DNA from: Promethearchaeota archaeon
Lineage (GTDB): Archaea; Asgardarchaeota; Lokiarchaeia; Sigyniarchaeales; SOKP01
DNA length: 64,000 nt
Direction of reading: 5' to 3'
Assembly (NCBI GenBank): GCA_016839555.1
Contig: JAEOUA010000001.1
Location: 224,001-288,000, forward strand
Shown: in pieces, positions 1 to 9,282 of the stretch
Position numbering within the stretch: the first letter of the stretch is position 1
Layout: every line of letters starts with the position of its first letter
Notes under the pieces: generated by a model
Databases searched by the model: none
Told to the model about the DNA's origin: nothing
Seen by the model: only the letters and a program-made list of their open reading frames with translations
Program-made: the position numbers and the translations under genes

Positions 1-1
1 A

Positions 2-280
2 GAAGACACCCGACCCCAACTCATAACTATAATCCAGCTTGGAGAACAAAAGATTACGGATGAATGCATAAGTTCTTTTAAAACTTATTTACCTACATTA
101 AAAATTGAAACCAAAGTAAATTCTCAACAAATACCACCCTCAAAACCAAAACCAGAATTGAGCTCAAAGTCAGATCCTAATCCTCAACCTGTAAAAAAAT
201 CTATGATACCCCAAAAAAAAGATTCAAAAAATATTAACTCAGATCGAGCCAGAGATCGCCTCAGAATTGGAAGAGATTGA
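2..280 (+). CDS. 3' part of a CDS entering from the left edge (hypothetical, Pro/Ser/Lys-rich C-terminus)
   Basis: Frame 2 is open from base 2 to TGA at 278-280 (EDTRPQLITIIQLGEQKITDECISSF...PPSKPKPELSSKSDPNPQP...RLRIGRD*); translated by hand. Confidence 0.65.
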   Translation, partial: EDTRPQLITIIQLGEQKITDECISSFKTYLPTLKIETKVNSQQIPPSKPKPELSSKSDPNPQPVKKSMIPQKKDSKNINSDRARDRLRIGRD

Positions 281-453
281 ATTACCTTATATATAAAAAT
301 TGAATAATATATCACTAAATGCTAAATCAGAGAATTAAATGAAAATATTTTACCCATCATAAATTTTTATATAAGGTAATTACTATTTCATTATTATAAA
401 CATTTCATTAAAAGTTTATATAATAATTAATTAAAATAAATGGTGATATCGAA

Positions 454-1410
454 TTGAGTAAAATACAAATTAAGGCTCCTAATACGGACGTTATTTTTGA
501 AAAATGGAAACAACAAGCAAATCGAAAAAGAAAAAAGAAACTGGAAAAAGAATTTGGAGTAAAAGGAGCAGTTTTTAGCATAGACAATATTTCAGCTGGA
601 GAAACTGTAAAAGATACAATGAAAGAAGCAGCCATCTATTTTGCTGTAAAAAAAACTATTGAACCTACTAAAGAAAAAGAAGAAGAAGTTATTGTTGAAC
701 CAGAAAAGGTAAAAAAAGAAACTTTCTATGAATTTAAAAAAGATGTAATAAAAGATAATTGGAAGGGAGATGATAAAGTACCTATCTTTTCTACACTTAC
801 TCCGAAACCTTGTCCTGAATGTAAGGGAAAAGGATTTATCGAAGAAAAATGCAAAGACTGTAAAGGAACTGGAAATATTGAGGAAGAGATGAAAATTTAT
901 CAAGATGAGGAACAAAATAAAGAAAAAAAGGTCTTTAAATATCCTTGTGCGACTTGCTATGGAACTGGAAAAGTAAAAGAACGCTGTAAGGAATGCGGAG
1001 GCTCTAAAAATTTGTATGCCTATAAAATCAAACCTGTTCCATTTAAAAGAAAGGAAACTGGGATACCTATTTTACATAGTAGCGCCCAAACTAAATATGA
1101 GAAAGAAATCAGAGAAGATCTTCATAAATTAATAGATGAAGTAGAAGGAATTAAATTCAGTAATTTTAAAGACCTTGATAAAAAAGCAGAGCCCTCTCTT
1201 GGATATTATAACAAAAACATTAAAAAAACTACAAAAGAGGCTGGGAAAGATTATGATAAATACGAAAAAGATAAAGATACAAAAATTGTCAGTCAAATCT
1301 ATTTGTTCCCAATGATCCAATTATTCTGTGAAACGAAAAATAAAGCAAAGTCATTTGAGATTTATGCATTAGGCTCTGATAAGAATTTTATGATCTATTC
1401 AAATTTTTAA
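454..1410 (+). CDS. DnaJ-type Zn-finger protein without a J domain, SSUH2-like
   Basis: Four CxxCxGxG-type repeats (CPECKGKG, CKDCKGTG, CATCYGTG, CKECGGSK); no HPD motif; TTG start. Confidence 0.75.
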   Translation: MSKIQIKAPNTDVIFEKWKQQANRKRKKKLEKEFGVKGAVFSIDNISAGETVKDTMKEAAIYFAVKKTIEPTKEKEEEVIVEPEKVKKETFYEFKKDVIKDNWKGDDKVPIFSTLTPKPCPECKGKGFIEEKCKDCKGTGNIEEEMKIYQDEEQNKEKKVFKYPCATCYGTGKVKERCKECGGSKNLYAYKIKPVPFKRKETGIPILHSSAQTKYEKEIREDLHKLIDEVEGIKFSNFKDLDKKAEPSLGYYNKNIKKTTKEAGKDYDKYEKDKDTKIVSQIYLFPMIQLFCETKNKAKSFEIYALGSDKNFMIYSNF

Positions 1411-1592
1411 AATATAATCATAGTTTTTTTCTTTTATTTCAAGATTTAACTTTTTTTTATATTTTCATTTAATAACTATAAATTTAATATCAAAATATAT
1501 AAGTTTCATCTTTTATAAGTTCAAACTTATATTTAAATTATATGGTATATTTTATTATATAGAATCTTAAAATTAAAAAAAAGGTATTTAAA

Positions 1593-2222
1593 ATGGAAGT
1601 AAAGAGTGAAGAAAAGAGTTTTGAATCAAAGGGTAAAAAAACATTTTATGGATATTATTACCCTACAAATGCATTAGTGATCGCATTAATTGGAATTTTT
1701 GGAGCCTTAACATGTATTCTTACGATGATACCTCAAATTCCTGTACCTGCGACTCAAGGATATATAAATATTGGAGATGCTGCTGTTATGCTAACTGCTC
1801 TTTTATTCGGTCCAATAGTCGGAAGTCTTGCAGGAGGAATAGGTTCTGCTTTAGCTGATATTATTTTGGGTTATAGTATCTATGCTCCCGCGACCTTAAT
1901 AATAAAAGGTCTTGAAGGATTAATTGTTGGTTTAATAGCTAATCCAAGAAAAATTTCTAAACGGATTCATTATAGGGACATTATTGCGGTTGCTATAGGA
2001 GGATTAATTATGGTCTTTGGCTATTTCATATACGAAATTATTATATATGGACTCGCAGCAGCTTTGACTGAAATAGTTTTGAATGGTTTAATTCAATATG
2101 GTATCGGAATTGGCTTGTCTCTTTTAATTATCATTCCACTTCGAAAAAGTTTAAAAAATGCAATGCCTCAAGTCTTTGATAATGTTTTTATCTCAAGAAG
2201 TTCAGACTCTAATTTAGAATAA
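1593..2222 (+). CDS. ECF transporter S-component
   Basis: About 6 TM helices; IPVPATQGYINIGDA and LFGPIVGSLAGGIGSALAD motifs typical of S-components. Confidence 0.85.
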   Translation: MEVKSEEKSFESKGKKTFYGYYYPTNALVIALIGIFGALTCILTMIPQIPVPATQGYINIGDAAVMLTALLFGPIVGSLAGGIGSALADIILGYSIYAPATLIIKGLEGLIVGLIANPRKISKRIHYRDIIAVAIGGLIMVFGYFIYEIIIYGLAAALTEIVLNGLIQYGIGIGLSLLIIIPLRKSLKNAMPQVFDNVFISRSSDSNLE

Positions 2223-3635
2223 AGCTATTAGCGTTTCTAACGCTTCTAACACTTTTTTTCCTTTATTTGTAATGGTGTAAAATACATTTTTACCTTCTTT
2301 TCTCCGCACAATTAATTCTTTCTCTTCTAACTCTTTAAGATGCTGATATATTGCCGGTAAACTAATAGTGCCCATCAATTCTTTTATTTTACTGCCATAA
2401 ATACCTTTTTCTTTAGAAAGAGAAATTTGAGATAAAATTTTTAATTTAGTGCTTAGAATCCCTCCCATTCCAGCTGTTTTTGCTCTTGATGAGAGAGCCT
2501 CAAGCATATATGGAGTTTTTAAGCCAGAACCAGTAATTAAACATACTATTTTTTCGTCTTTTTTAATTATTTTTTCTTGGAGAAGACTATTTAAAGCTGC
2601 GATAGTAAGAGCGGAAGCAGGTTCTGCAAAAATGCCCTCTTTACTAGCGAATTCTTCTGCAGAACTTAACATTAAATTTTCTTGAATTGCCAATGCGATT
2701 CCATTTGTTTCTTTTATAGCTTTCAATGCTAAATCTTGATAAAACGGCTCTTTTACAAGTATTCCTAATGCATAAGAGTTAATATTTTCATTGTTTTTGG
2801 TAATCTGTTCCTTAATTTTATTATATTTATTTACTATTGGCGAAGAAGTTTTGGTTTGAACTCCAATCATCTTAGGTACTTTTGAGATCTGCTTAGATTG
2901 CTTCAATTCTTTAAATCCTTTCCAGATACTTACTAATAAACCTCCACTCCCCATCGGTATAATAACCCCATCTATCTCTCCAATTTGATGAATTAATTCA
3001 TATGAGATCGTTTTTTGCCCCTCAATTGTTAATGGATTATATTCTGGAGTACATTGATAATAATTTTTATATTTTGGATTCAAAGCTTCTTGAATTGCCT
3101 CGTCAGAATATTTCCCTTTACTTTTTATTTTTGAATTATAGGCAATCATTTGAGCCTTTTTCCCCACATCTATTTTTTCAGGGATAAGATTTAGACATTT
3201 TATACCTTCAAGGGAGGCATAAGCTGCGATAGAGGCTCCTTGATTGCCATTAGATGCACACAAAACCTTGTTGTAATCAAGACTACGAGCATGTGATATT
3301 AAAAGTGCTGCAGCGCGATCTTTAAAAGAATTCGTAGGATTATGGGTCTCATCCTTAAAATATAAATTTTTAATATCCCATATTTTTCCTAATTTTTTTG
3401 ATGGTTTACATGGTGTTATCCCTTCTCCTAAACTTACAATAAAATCTTGATTTATTTCTGGAAAAATATCTCTAAAATCCCAAAAATTAGTAAATTTCCT
3501 TTCTTGATTAAAGAAATTTTGAACATTTACTTTAGGTGTTTTAACCCATAAAATCCCATTACAATTAGGACATTTATAGACAATGGAATTTAATTCAAAA
3601 CTCTTAGCACAATTAGTACAAATATAAGGTATCAA
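2214..3635 (-). CDS. Threonine synthase-family PLP enzyme with N-terminal Zn ribbon, fused to a C-terminal winged HTH
   Basis: CxxC-CxxC N-terminus; SLGEGITP; NPTNSFKDR (PLP Lys); ASNGNQG; PMGSGGL; AEPASA; ITGSGLK; tail ISLPAIYQHLKELEEKELIVRRKEGKNVFYTITNKGK is a wHTH. Confidence 0.85.
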   Translation of the reverse strand: MIPYICTNCAKSFELNSIVYKCPNCNGILWVKTPKVNVQNFFNQERKFTNFWDFRDIFPEINQDFIVSLGEGITPCKPSKKLGKIWDIKNLYFKDETHNPTNSFKDRAAALLISHARSLDYNKVLCASNGNQGASIAAYASLEGIKCLNLIPEKIDVGKKAQMIAYNSKIKSKGKYSDEAIQEALNPKYKNYYQCTPEYNPLTIEGQKTISYELIHQIGEIDGVIIPMGSGGLLVSIWKGFKELKQSKQISKVPKMIGVQTKTSSPIVNKYNKIKEQITKNNENINSYALGILVKEPFYQDLALKAIKETNGIALAIQENLMLSSAEEFASKEGIFAEPASALTIAALNSLLQEKIIKKDEKIVCLITGSGLKTPYMLEALSSRAKTAGMGGILSTKLKILSQISLSKEKGIYGSKIKELMGTISLPAIYQHLKELEEKELIVRRKEGKNVFYTITNKGKKVLEALETLIALF

Positions 3636-3778
3636 AGGAAGCTTTTCTCTTATTTAATTTCTTTAATTATTCCTATATTGTAAAATGTCTTAAAATATTT
3701 ATATTAATATAAATCTGGGTTTTTCTTAAATGGTAAGGATTACTTTTTGAAAGTATTTAGAATTAGAAAAAAAAGAAG

Positions 3779-4228
3779 TTAATAACTTGATTGTTCGCAA
3801 AAGCAAAATCGGGAGTTTAAAATAGTTTCTCCACATGGACATTCCTTCGGATGGCCATATTTTTCACATATTTTATTTATTGTTTCACAAGAGAATATAA
3901 GATTAAGCTTTTCGCTCTCTTCATGAGCCTTCTCTCGGCTTAGATGTATTTCTCGATATAATAACATTTCAATCAAATGTTTATGTCGCAAGATCTCTTT
4001 AGCTAACTCTTTTCCTTCACTTGTGAGTTTGACTTCATAATAGGGTTCATATTTCACTAAACCATGTGCCTTAAGTCTTCCAATACAACTTCCTAAAGTA
4101 GAATGAGGAACTTCCATTCTATTAGAAAGTTCTCCAATTTTTAGAAGGTTATTTGTTCTAAATAGAACTTTGATGACATCATAGTCTAGTTTTACCATCT
4201 TTGTTTTAATTTCTTTTTTCTTATCCAA
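3779..4228 (-). CDS. DtxR/MntR-family metal-dependent repressor
   Basis: wHTH followed by GLVKYEPYYEVKLTSEG, RHKHLIE and GHPKECPCG; overlaps the upstream ZIP gene by 8 nt. Confidence 0.85.
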   Translation of the reverse strand: MDKKKEIKTKMVKLDYDVIKVLFRTNNLLKIGELSNRMEVPHSTLGSCIGRLKAHGLVKYEPYYEVKLTSEGKELAKEILRHKHLIEMLLYREIHLSREKAHEESEKLNLIFSCETINKICEKYGHPKECPCGETILNSRFCFCEQSSY

Positions 4229-4976
4229 AGATAATTCTCACCATTAAAATTAATAATATTCCAATTATAAACGCAGAAAAATGTCCTAATCTGGTTAAAA
4301 ACGATTCACCATAATCCTCTTTTCCATGCTTTATTTCGGGAATTAAATCAGAAGCGGCAATATATATGAAATTTCCCGCGGCGAATGGTAGCAAAAAGGT
4401 TGTATCTATGCTTCCAGAAACAAAGAAAGTTATAATCCCTCCAGGAATTATAGTTAATGCAGAAATAAAGTTAAATATTAATGCATTTCTTTTTTCCCAC
4501 CCACTATGCAGAAGTACGCCATAATCACCCAATTCTTGCGGAATTTCATGAGCAGCTGCGGCTATCCATGTAATAACTCCAACTTCAAAACTAACCATAA
4601 ACGAACTTGCAATTGCTAATCCTCCAATAAAATTATGCACTCCATCTGCAACTAAAATTAAAAACCCCACAGGTTGTTTATATTCAGAAGGGACTTTATG
4701 TTGGTGTTGCCATTGTAGAAATTGTTCTAATAAAAAAAAGATAGCAAATCCAATTAGTAACCAAATGCATACAATAATAGGTTCACCGCCTTGATAAATA
4801 GATTCAGGTAATAAATGGAGAAACGCTCCGCCTAATAAAGCTCCCGCAGAGAATGCCACCAATACTAATAAAAGTTTCCGTAATATCCTTTCTTTAATAG
4901 ATAAAGTGATCAATCCTATCCAAGCTATTAGACTCATGAAAAACCCAAATAGAATTATTATAAAAAGAGTATTCAT
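4221..4976 (-). CDS. ZIP-family divalent metal transporter
   Basis: AFLHLLPE, His-rich loop (QHQHK), ADGVHNFIGG, AHEIPQELGD, AAGNFIYIA. Confidence 0.92.
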   Translation of the reverse strand: MNTLFIIILFGFFMSLIAWIGLITLSIKERILRKLLLVLVAFSAGALLGGAFLHLLPESIYQGGEPIIVCIWLLIGFAIFFLLEQFLQWQHQHKVPSEYKQPVGFLILVADGVHNFIGGLAIASSFMVSFEVGVITWIAAAAHEIPQELGDYGVLLHSGWEKRNALIFNFISALTIIPGGIITFFVSGSIDTTFLLPFAAGNFIYIAASDLIPEIKHGKEDYGESFLTRLGHFSAFIIGILLILMVRIIFG

Positions 4977-4996
4977 ATAGTTTATAAGTATGAAAG

Positions 4997-5025
4997 TTAT
5001 ATAAATTTTACGCCATATCGTAAAA
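4997..5025 (-). promoter_or_regulatory. TATA box with adjacent 7-6-7 palindrome (candidate DtxR/MntR operator) of the ZIP-repressor operon
   Basis: Minus-strand TTTATATAA (4997-5005) lies ~21-29 nt upstream of the ATG; perfect inverted repeat TTTTACG-CCATAT-CGTAAAA at 5006-5025 covers the BRE position. Confidence 0.55.
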
Positions 5026-5057
5026 AATATTTTTTAAAAAATTAAAGTAAAAAATTA

Positions 5058-5534
5058 TTATTTCACTATTTCTTTTGAAGCAAAAGCTTTAAGAATTTTT
5101 CCATAGAAATAATGATGGCTACTAAGATCTGATTTACTGGTATCAATTACTCTGCATTCATAATTCAATAAACAATTTTTAAGTGTAGGCACTTTTATAG
5201 TTACTCCTGGAAGGGTTTCTAATCCAGCCTCATCAAACTTATTAGTATCCCTACCAGAATAGGTACCAGCAATACTTACTGCATTCCTATTAGTATCAGA
5301 GGGAATATTTATTGTAAATTGTTTCATACCTTCCGTTAATAGTTTATAAGTATATCTGCTATAAGCAACCTGAGCTCGTATTACTAAATCACCATGATGA
5401 TCTTCCATTTTTTTCCAGTCTAAAGCCATCACATTTTTATTCCCATTTGAATCCATCGAGACTAATAATGCGGTATTTTCTCTAAAATATTCAACATATT
5501 CCTTTGGATCTATTTCAATTCTATTTTCTGACAT
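5058..5534 (-). CDS. Flavin reductase-like (split-barrel) protein
   Basis: NVMA, RYTYKLL, FTINIP, GTYSGRDTNKF, NYECRV, HHYFYGKI. Confidence 0.85.
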   Translation of the reverse strand: MSENRIEIDPKEYVEYFRENTALLVSMDSNGNKNVMALDWKKMEDHHGDLVIRAQVAYSRYTYKLLTEGMKQFTINIPSDTNRNAVSIAGTYSGRDTNKFDEAGLETLPGVTIKVPTLKNCLLNYECRVIDTSKSDLSSHHYFYGKILKAFASKEIVK

Positions 5535-5614
5535 TTTCTGTTTTCAATTTTCATTATAGGTAGTGAGAGTGATTATTGTTAAAAAATGAACTATCATTTA
5601 AAATTTTAGGACTT

Positions 5615-5938
5615 CTATTTAGGTGGCTTCATTCCAATTAATCCCATTGCTTCACCTAAATTGAAATAAACTTCCATTTCATATTGGTATCCTTCAATAT
5701 CGTGATAATCTATCATAATATTTTGCATTTTTATTAAAGCTTCATCAAGCTTACCGGTTTTTACCTCAATAACATTTAAAGATTTTATCACATTTCCCGA
5801 AACCTTAAGGGCCCCTTCTAGAATATTTTTCCTTAGAGATTTATCCGTAGGATATTTTTTTTTCTCTTCAATATAATGTTCCGCAACCTCTCTTGCTTTA
5901 TTAAAAGGAAACTGGGTTTTTATAATAATATACGGCAA
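5615..5938 (-). CDS. Hypothetical protein (small alpha/beta, lineage-specific type)
   Basis: 107 aa ORF with normal composition; GGTGA RBS before the TTG start. Confidence 0.7.
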   Translation of the reverse strand: MPYIIIKTQFPFNKAREVAEHYIEEKKKYPTDKSLRKNILEGALKVSGNVIKSLNVIEVKTGKLDEALIKMQNIMIDYHDIEGYQYEMEVYFNLGEAMGLIGMKPPK

Positions 5939-6160
5939 ATTATCACCTTTTTTTTTAATTTTTTATTTTTTAAATTTAGATTATTTATGGTCGATTTTTT
6001 TGTTTTATAAAGATATCATAATCTAAGTAAAACTTTCATCTTTGTATAAGTTTTGATTAAAATTATTAATGCTGCTTCAAACATAGATGATTTAATAATT
6101 AAGCTGACTTTTTAGTAAATAGCTCTTTATAAATAATAATTATTGGAAAATTAGATAAAA

Positions 6161-7117
6161 ATGGTAGATATAATTTCTATAGGCGAACTTTTGGTCGAAA
6201 TAATGCGAGAAAAAGTCGATACCCCCCATAGTAAAATCGGCGCGATCTATAGAGGGCCATACCCGAGTGGGGCACCCGCAATATTTATAGATTCTGCCGC
6301 ACGGATGGCGAAACCCTTCAATATTTCTACAGGATTTATTGGTGTCGTTGGAAATGATCAGTTCGGAGAATGCATACTTCACAAATTAAAAAGGGATGGA
6401 GTTGATATTTCACAAATAAGGACTGCTAGCAATAAAACTACAGGGATTGCTTTTAATCAGTATAATTCTGATGGCTCACGAAAGTTTATTTTCGCGGCTG
6501 GTGCTGCAGGAGATACATCCCCAGATGATATTAATCCAACTTATTTTGAGAACATTAAAAATTTACATATTATGGGAAGCGCTTTATCTATTAGTGAAAG
6601 CTCAAAGGAAGCTTGCTATAAGGCTTTAAGAATTGCAAAACAAAAAAATCCAGATGTTATTATAAGTTTTGACCCAAATTTAAGGCCTGAGATGCTCGAT
6701 TTAGATACAATATTAAAGATTTCTAACCCAGTTTTGGAACAAACCAGAATTTTGTTACCGAGTGGAGAGGAGGCTGAGATGCTGGCTGGTATAAAAGGTG
6801 AAAAAAAAGCTTGTATTAATCTACTAGATAAGGGTCCCGAAATCATTGCACTAAAACAAGGAAAAAAAGGATGCACTATATTTTTAAAGGAAAATGAGCA
6901 GGGTATAAAGGTTCCTGCTTATAATGTAAAAGAGATTGATCCAACAGGTGCTGGAGATTCCTTTGGAGGTGGTTTTATAGTGGGATTTTTAAAAAATTGG
7001 GACTTAAAAAGAACCGCGAGTTTTGCTAATGCAGTAGGCGCATTGAAAGTACAATTTTTTGGACCAATGTCAAATACAACCTATGAAGAAGCAATTAAAT
7101 TGATGGAGAAAGATTAA
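6161..7117 (+). CDS. PfkB/ribokinase-family sugar kinase
   Basis: IGELLVE, SGAPA, VGNDQFG, FDPNLRP, DPTGAGDSFGGG. Confidence 0.92.
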   Translation: MVDIISIGELLVEIMREKVDTPHSKIGAIYRGPYPSGAPAIFIDSAARMAKPFNISTGFIGVVGNDQFGECILHKLKRDGVDISQIRTASNKTTGIAFNQYNSDGSRKFIFAAGAAGDTSPDDINPTYFENIKNLHIMGSALSISESSKEACYKALRIAKQKNPDVIISFDPNLRPEMLDLDTILKISNPVLEQTRILLPSGEEAEMLAGIKGEKKACINLLDKGPEIIALKQGKKGCTIFLKENEQGIKVPAYNVKEIDPTGAGDSFGGGFIVGFLKNWDLKRTASFANAVGALKVQFFGPMSNTTYEEAIKLMEKD

Positions 7118-7128
7118 TTTAATTCTTT

Positions 7129-9117
7129 TCAGTGTCCATTATTTTTAAGTTGAAGTGAATAAACTTGAACCTTGCTTATGAGATGGTTTTCCACTTTAAT
7201 AATGCGAAATCCCGGAGATTTAACTTTAAATTTTGAAGAAAGGGGTCCTAAGCCTTGCGTATGGAAAATAAAGGGCTTATTCGCTTCAAACCATGTTTTT
7301 AATTGAGATTCATTATTAAATTGTTCTATAGTATCTCTATAACGACTGGTATATATTTTACAAGGCATTTTAATGTAAATTGGTAAGAAATAAAAGCCAA
7401 AATTTACTCTTTGCATCTCTGATTCTTCAGCTTCTTCAATTCTAAATTCTTTTAAAGTATGAGTATGCCCGCATAAAACAAGATCTACCTTCTTTTTAAT
7501 AATTTCATCTGACCCTACTAAAATTTTCATTAGCGTAGCCCAACGATACATAATCGTTTGGTATTTAAAATATAAGATTGTTTCAAGTCTTTTGGAGTCT
7601 GTATATTTTGTAATATTTTCTTCATATAAATCAGCCCATTCAATATCTCTGTCTAAACCAAATTTTCTTTTTAATTTCCATTTTTTAATCCTATTGAAAT
7701 TAGGAGATAAAGGAGGAGCATGCATAAACACAATTATTCGTTTCCTGTTGGATTGTGTTATAAATGCTCTTAATAATTCTATTTGGAATCTCTTCAATCC
7801 TCTTGTGCTGGGAGCACTTCTCATTAAATCAAACAAATTTGCGATAGAATCCATTCCTGTATCTAAAAATAGTAGGGAATACTTCTCTCCAATAGATATT
7901 TTGTAATTTAAATTGGGATTGATAAGCAGCAGATAATTGTTAAGAAATTTAGTTCTGGAATATAAAGCTCTTAAATAATGAAATAATTTTCCATCTTTAT
8001 ATTCTTTAATATCTTTTCTCTTTAAACCAAATTTTCTATAAATCGTGCCGGTCTTAATACTATAAAATCCGGCTCGATAATCATGATTTCCAACAATGGT
8101 AAATATTGGAGCCATAATTTCCATTTTGTTTTCGAAATCTTCATCTTTTAATTCTGGGTCTCTATTTATTCCTAAGAGAATATCAAACAGAAATTGAAAG
8201 TTATTTTCATAGTGATCATCATAATTTGCGGGATCCACGTAATCTACTAAATCTCCCGTAAGCACAACAAAATCTAATTCATTTTCTTTAACTTTATTAT
8301 TAACATAGGAAATAAAGAGGCGAAGGTTTATATTAAAATTGAATTTTCCATGTCGAAATCGTTCTAATTTTTGTTCTTGAAATTCTTCCTTAAAACTAAA
8401 ATCTCGGTCTAAAATAAATGAATATGTTTGCACTTTTTCAACTCTACTTCTTTCCACTTTATTTAATGCTTTTTTCTTAAGAAAGCGAGTTATAAAGTCA
8501 TTTCTTCTTGCGATATGAGAATCAGAAGCATGAATAAACTGAAACTCTTTCCAATCTTTATTAAATAGGGCGATAGCATGAAAATTTACCTTCTCAGTAC
8601 CTAACTTGGGATAATTTTGGATTAAATCACACAATAGATTATTGCTCTTTTTTTCTTTTAAAATCTGAGATAGTTCACGACTTTTTTTAATTACTAATTC
8701 AATTTTAAATAATTGATCCCGTATTTTTCCAAAACCTTTCTTTTTTATAGCATGATAAATATCCCATAGTTCACATAATTCTTCTTTTGGATTTTCTTCT
8801 ATTCTAAAATCCTTATATTCTTTTCTTATAATCTTATTAAGTTCTAATGGAAACTTCTTTCCTCTTCTTTGATCAAAATTTCCAGAATCCATTAAAATTG
8901 GTTGAAGATAAATATTATTATCTAGTTGCTTCTGAATTTCATCTGATGATATTCCAGATTTAGCCAATAATATCGCATTAAATCTTATTTTTTTCGAAAC
9001 AGAACCATATTCATCTATATATTCCCTCAAATTAATTATTAAAGGCTGACCCAAATTTGGTTTAATAATTATTGGATATTTCTCATCAATATGGACTAAA
9101 TCTTTAAAATTATTCAT
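7129..9117 (-). CDS. Large calcineurin-like metallophosphoesterase with a long N-terminal extension
   Basis: All five motifs present: SDSH, TGDLVD, GNHDY, MHAPP, GHTH. Confidence 0.85.
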   Translation of the reverse strand: MNNFKDLVHIDEKYPIIIKPNLGQPLIINLREYIDEYGSVSKKIRFNAILLAKSGISSDEIQKQLDNNIYLQPILMDSGNFDQRRGKKFPLELNKIIRKEYKDFRIEENPKEELCELWDIYHAIKKKGFGKIRDQLFKIELVIKKSRELSQILKEKKSNNLLCDLIQNYPKLGTEKVNFHAIALFNKDWKEFQFIHASDSHIARRNDFITRFLKKKALNKVERSRVEKVQTYSFILDRDFSFKEEFQEQKLERFRHGKFNFNINLRLFISYVNNKVKENELDFVVLTGDLVDYVDPANYDDHYENNFQFLFDILLGINRDPELKDEDFENKMEIMAPIFTIVGNHDYRAGFYSIKTGTIYRKFGLKRKDIKEYKDGKLFHYLRALYSRTKFLNNYLLLINPNLNYKISIGEKYSLLFLDTGMDSIANLFDLMRSAPSTRGLKRFQIELLRAFITQSNRKRIIVFMHAPPLSPNFNRIKKWKLKRKFGLDRDIEWADLYEENITKYTDSKRLETILYFKYQTIMYRWATLMKILVGSDEIIKKKVDLVLCGHTHTLKEFRIEEAEESEMQRVNFGFYFLPIYIKMPCKIYTSRYRDTIEQFNNESQLKTWFEANKPFIFHTQGLGPLSSKFKVKSPGFRIIKVENHLISKVQVYSLQLKNNGH

Positions 9118-9282
9118 CTTATATCGTAAAAATATATAATCATTCTAATATTTTTAATGATTTAAAAGATAAAATAAGATCTTTATTTGCAAATTTGTTT
9201 GTCTTATTAATTTATCAATTAATTTAATATTTTTTTATTATTTTAACTAAATATTAAAATTGCTATCCATGTTATTGTTAAA

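Noticed and set aside
454-1410. Call as dnaJ
   Set aside because: No J domain/HPD motif or G/F-rich region, and no dnaK or grpE nearby.
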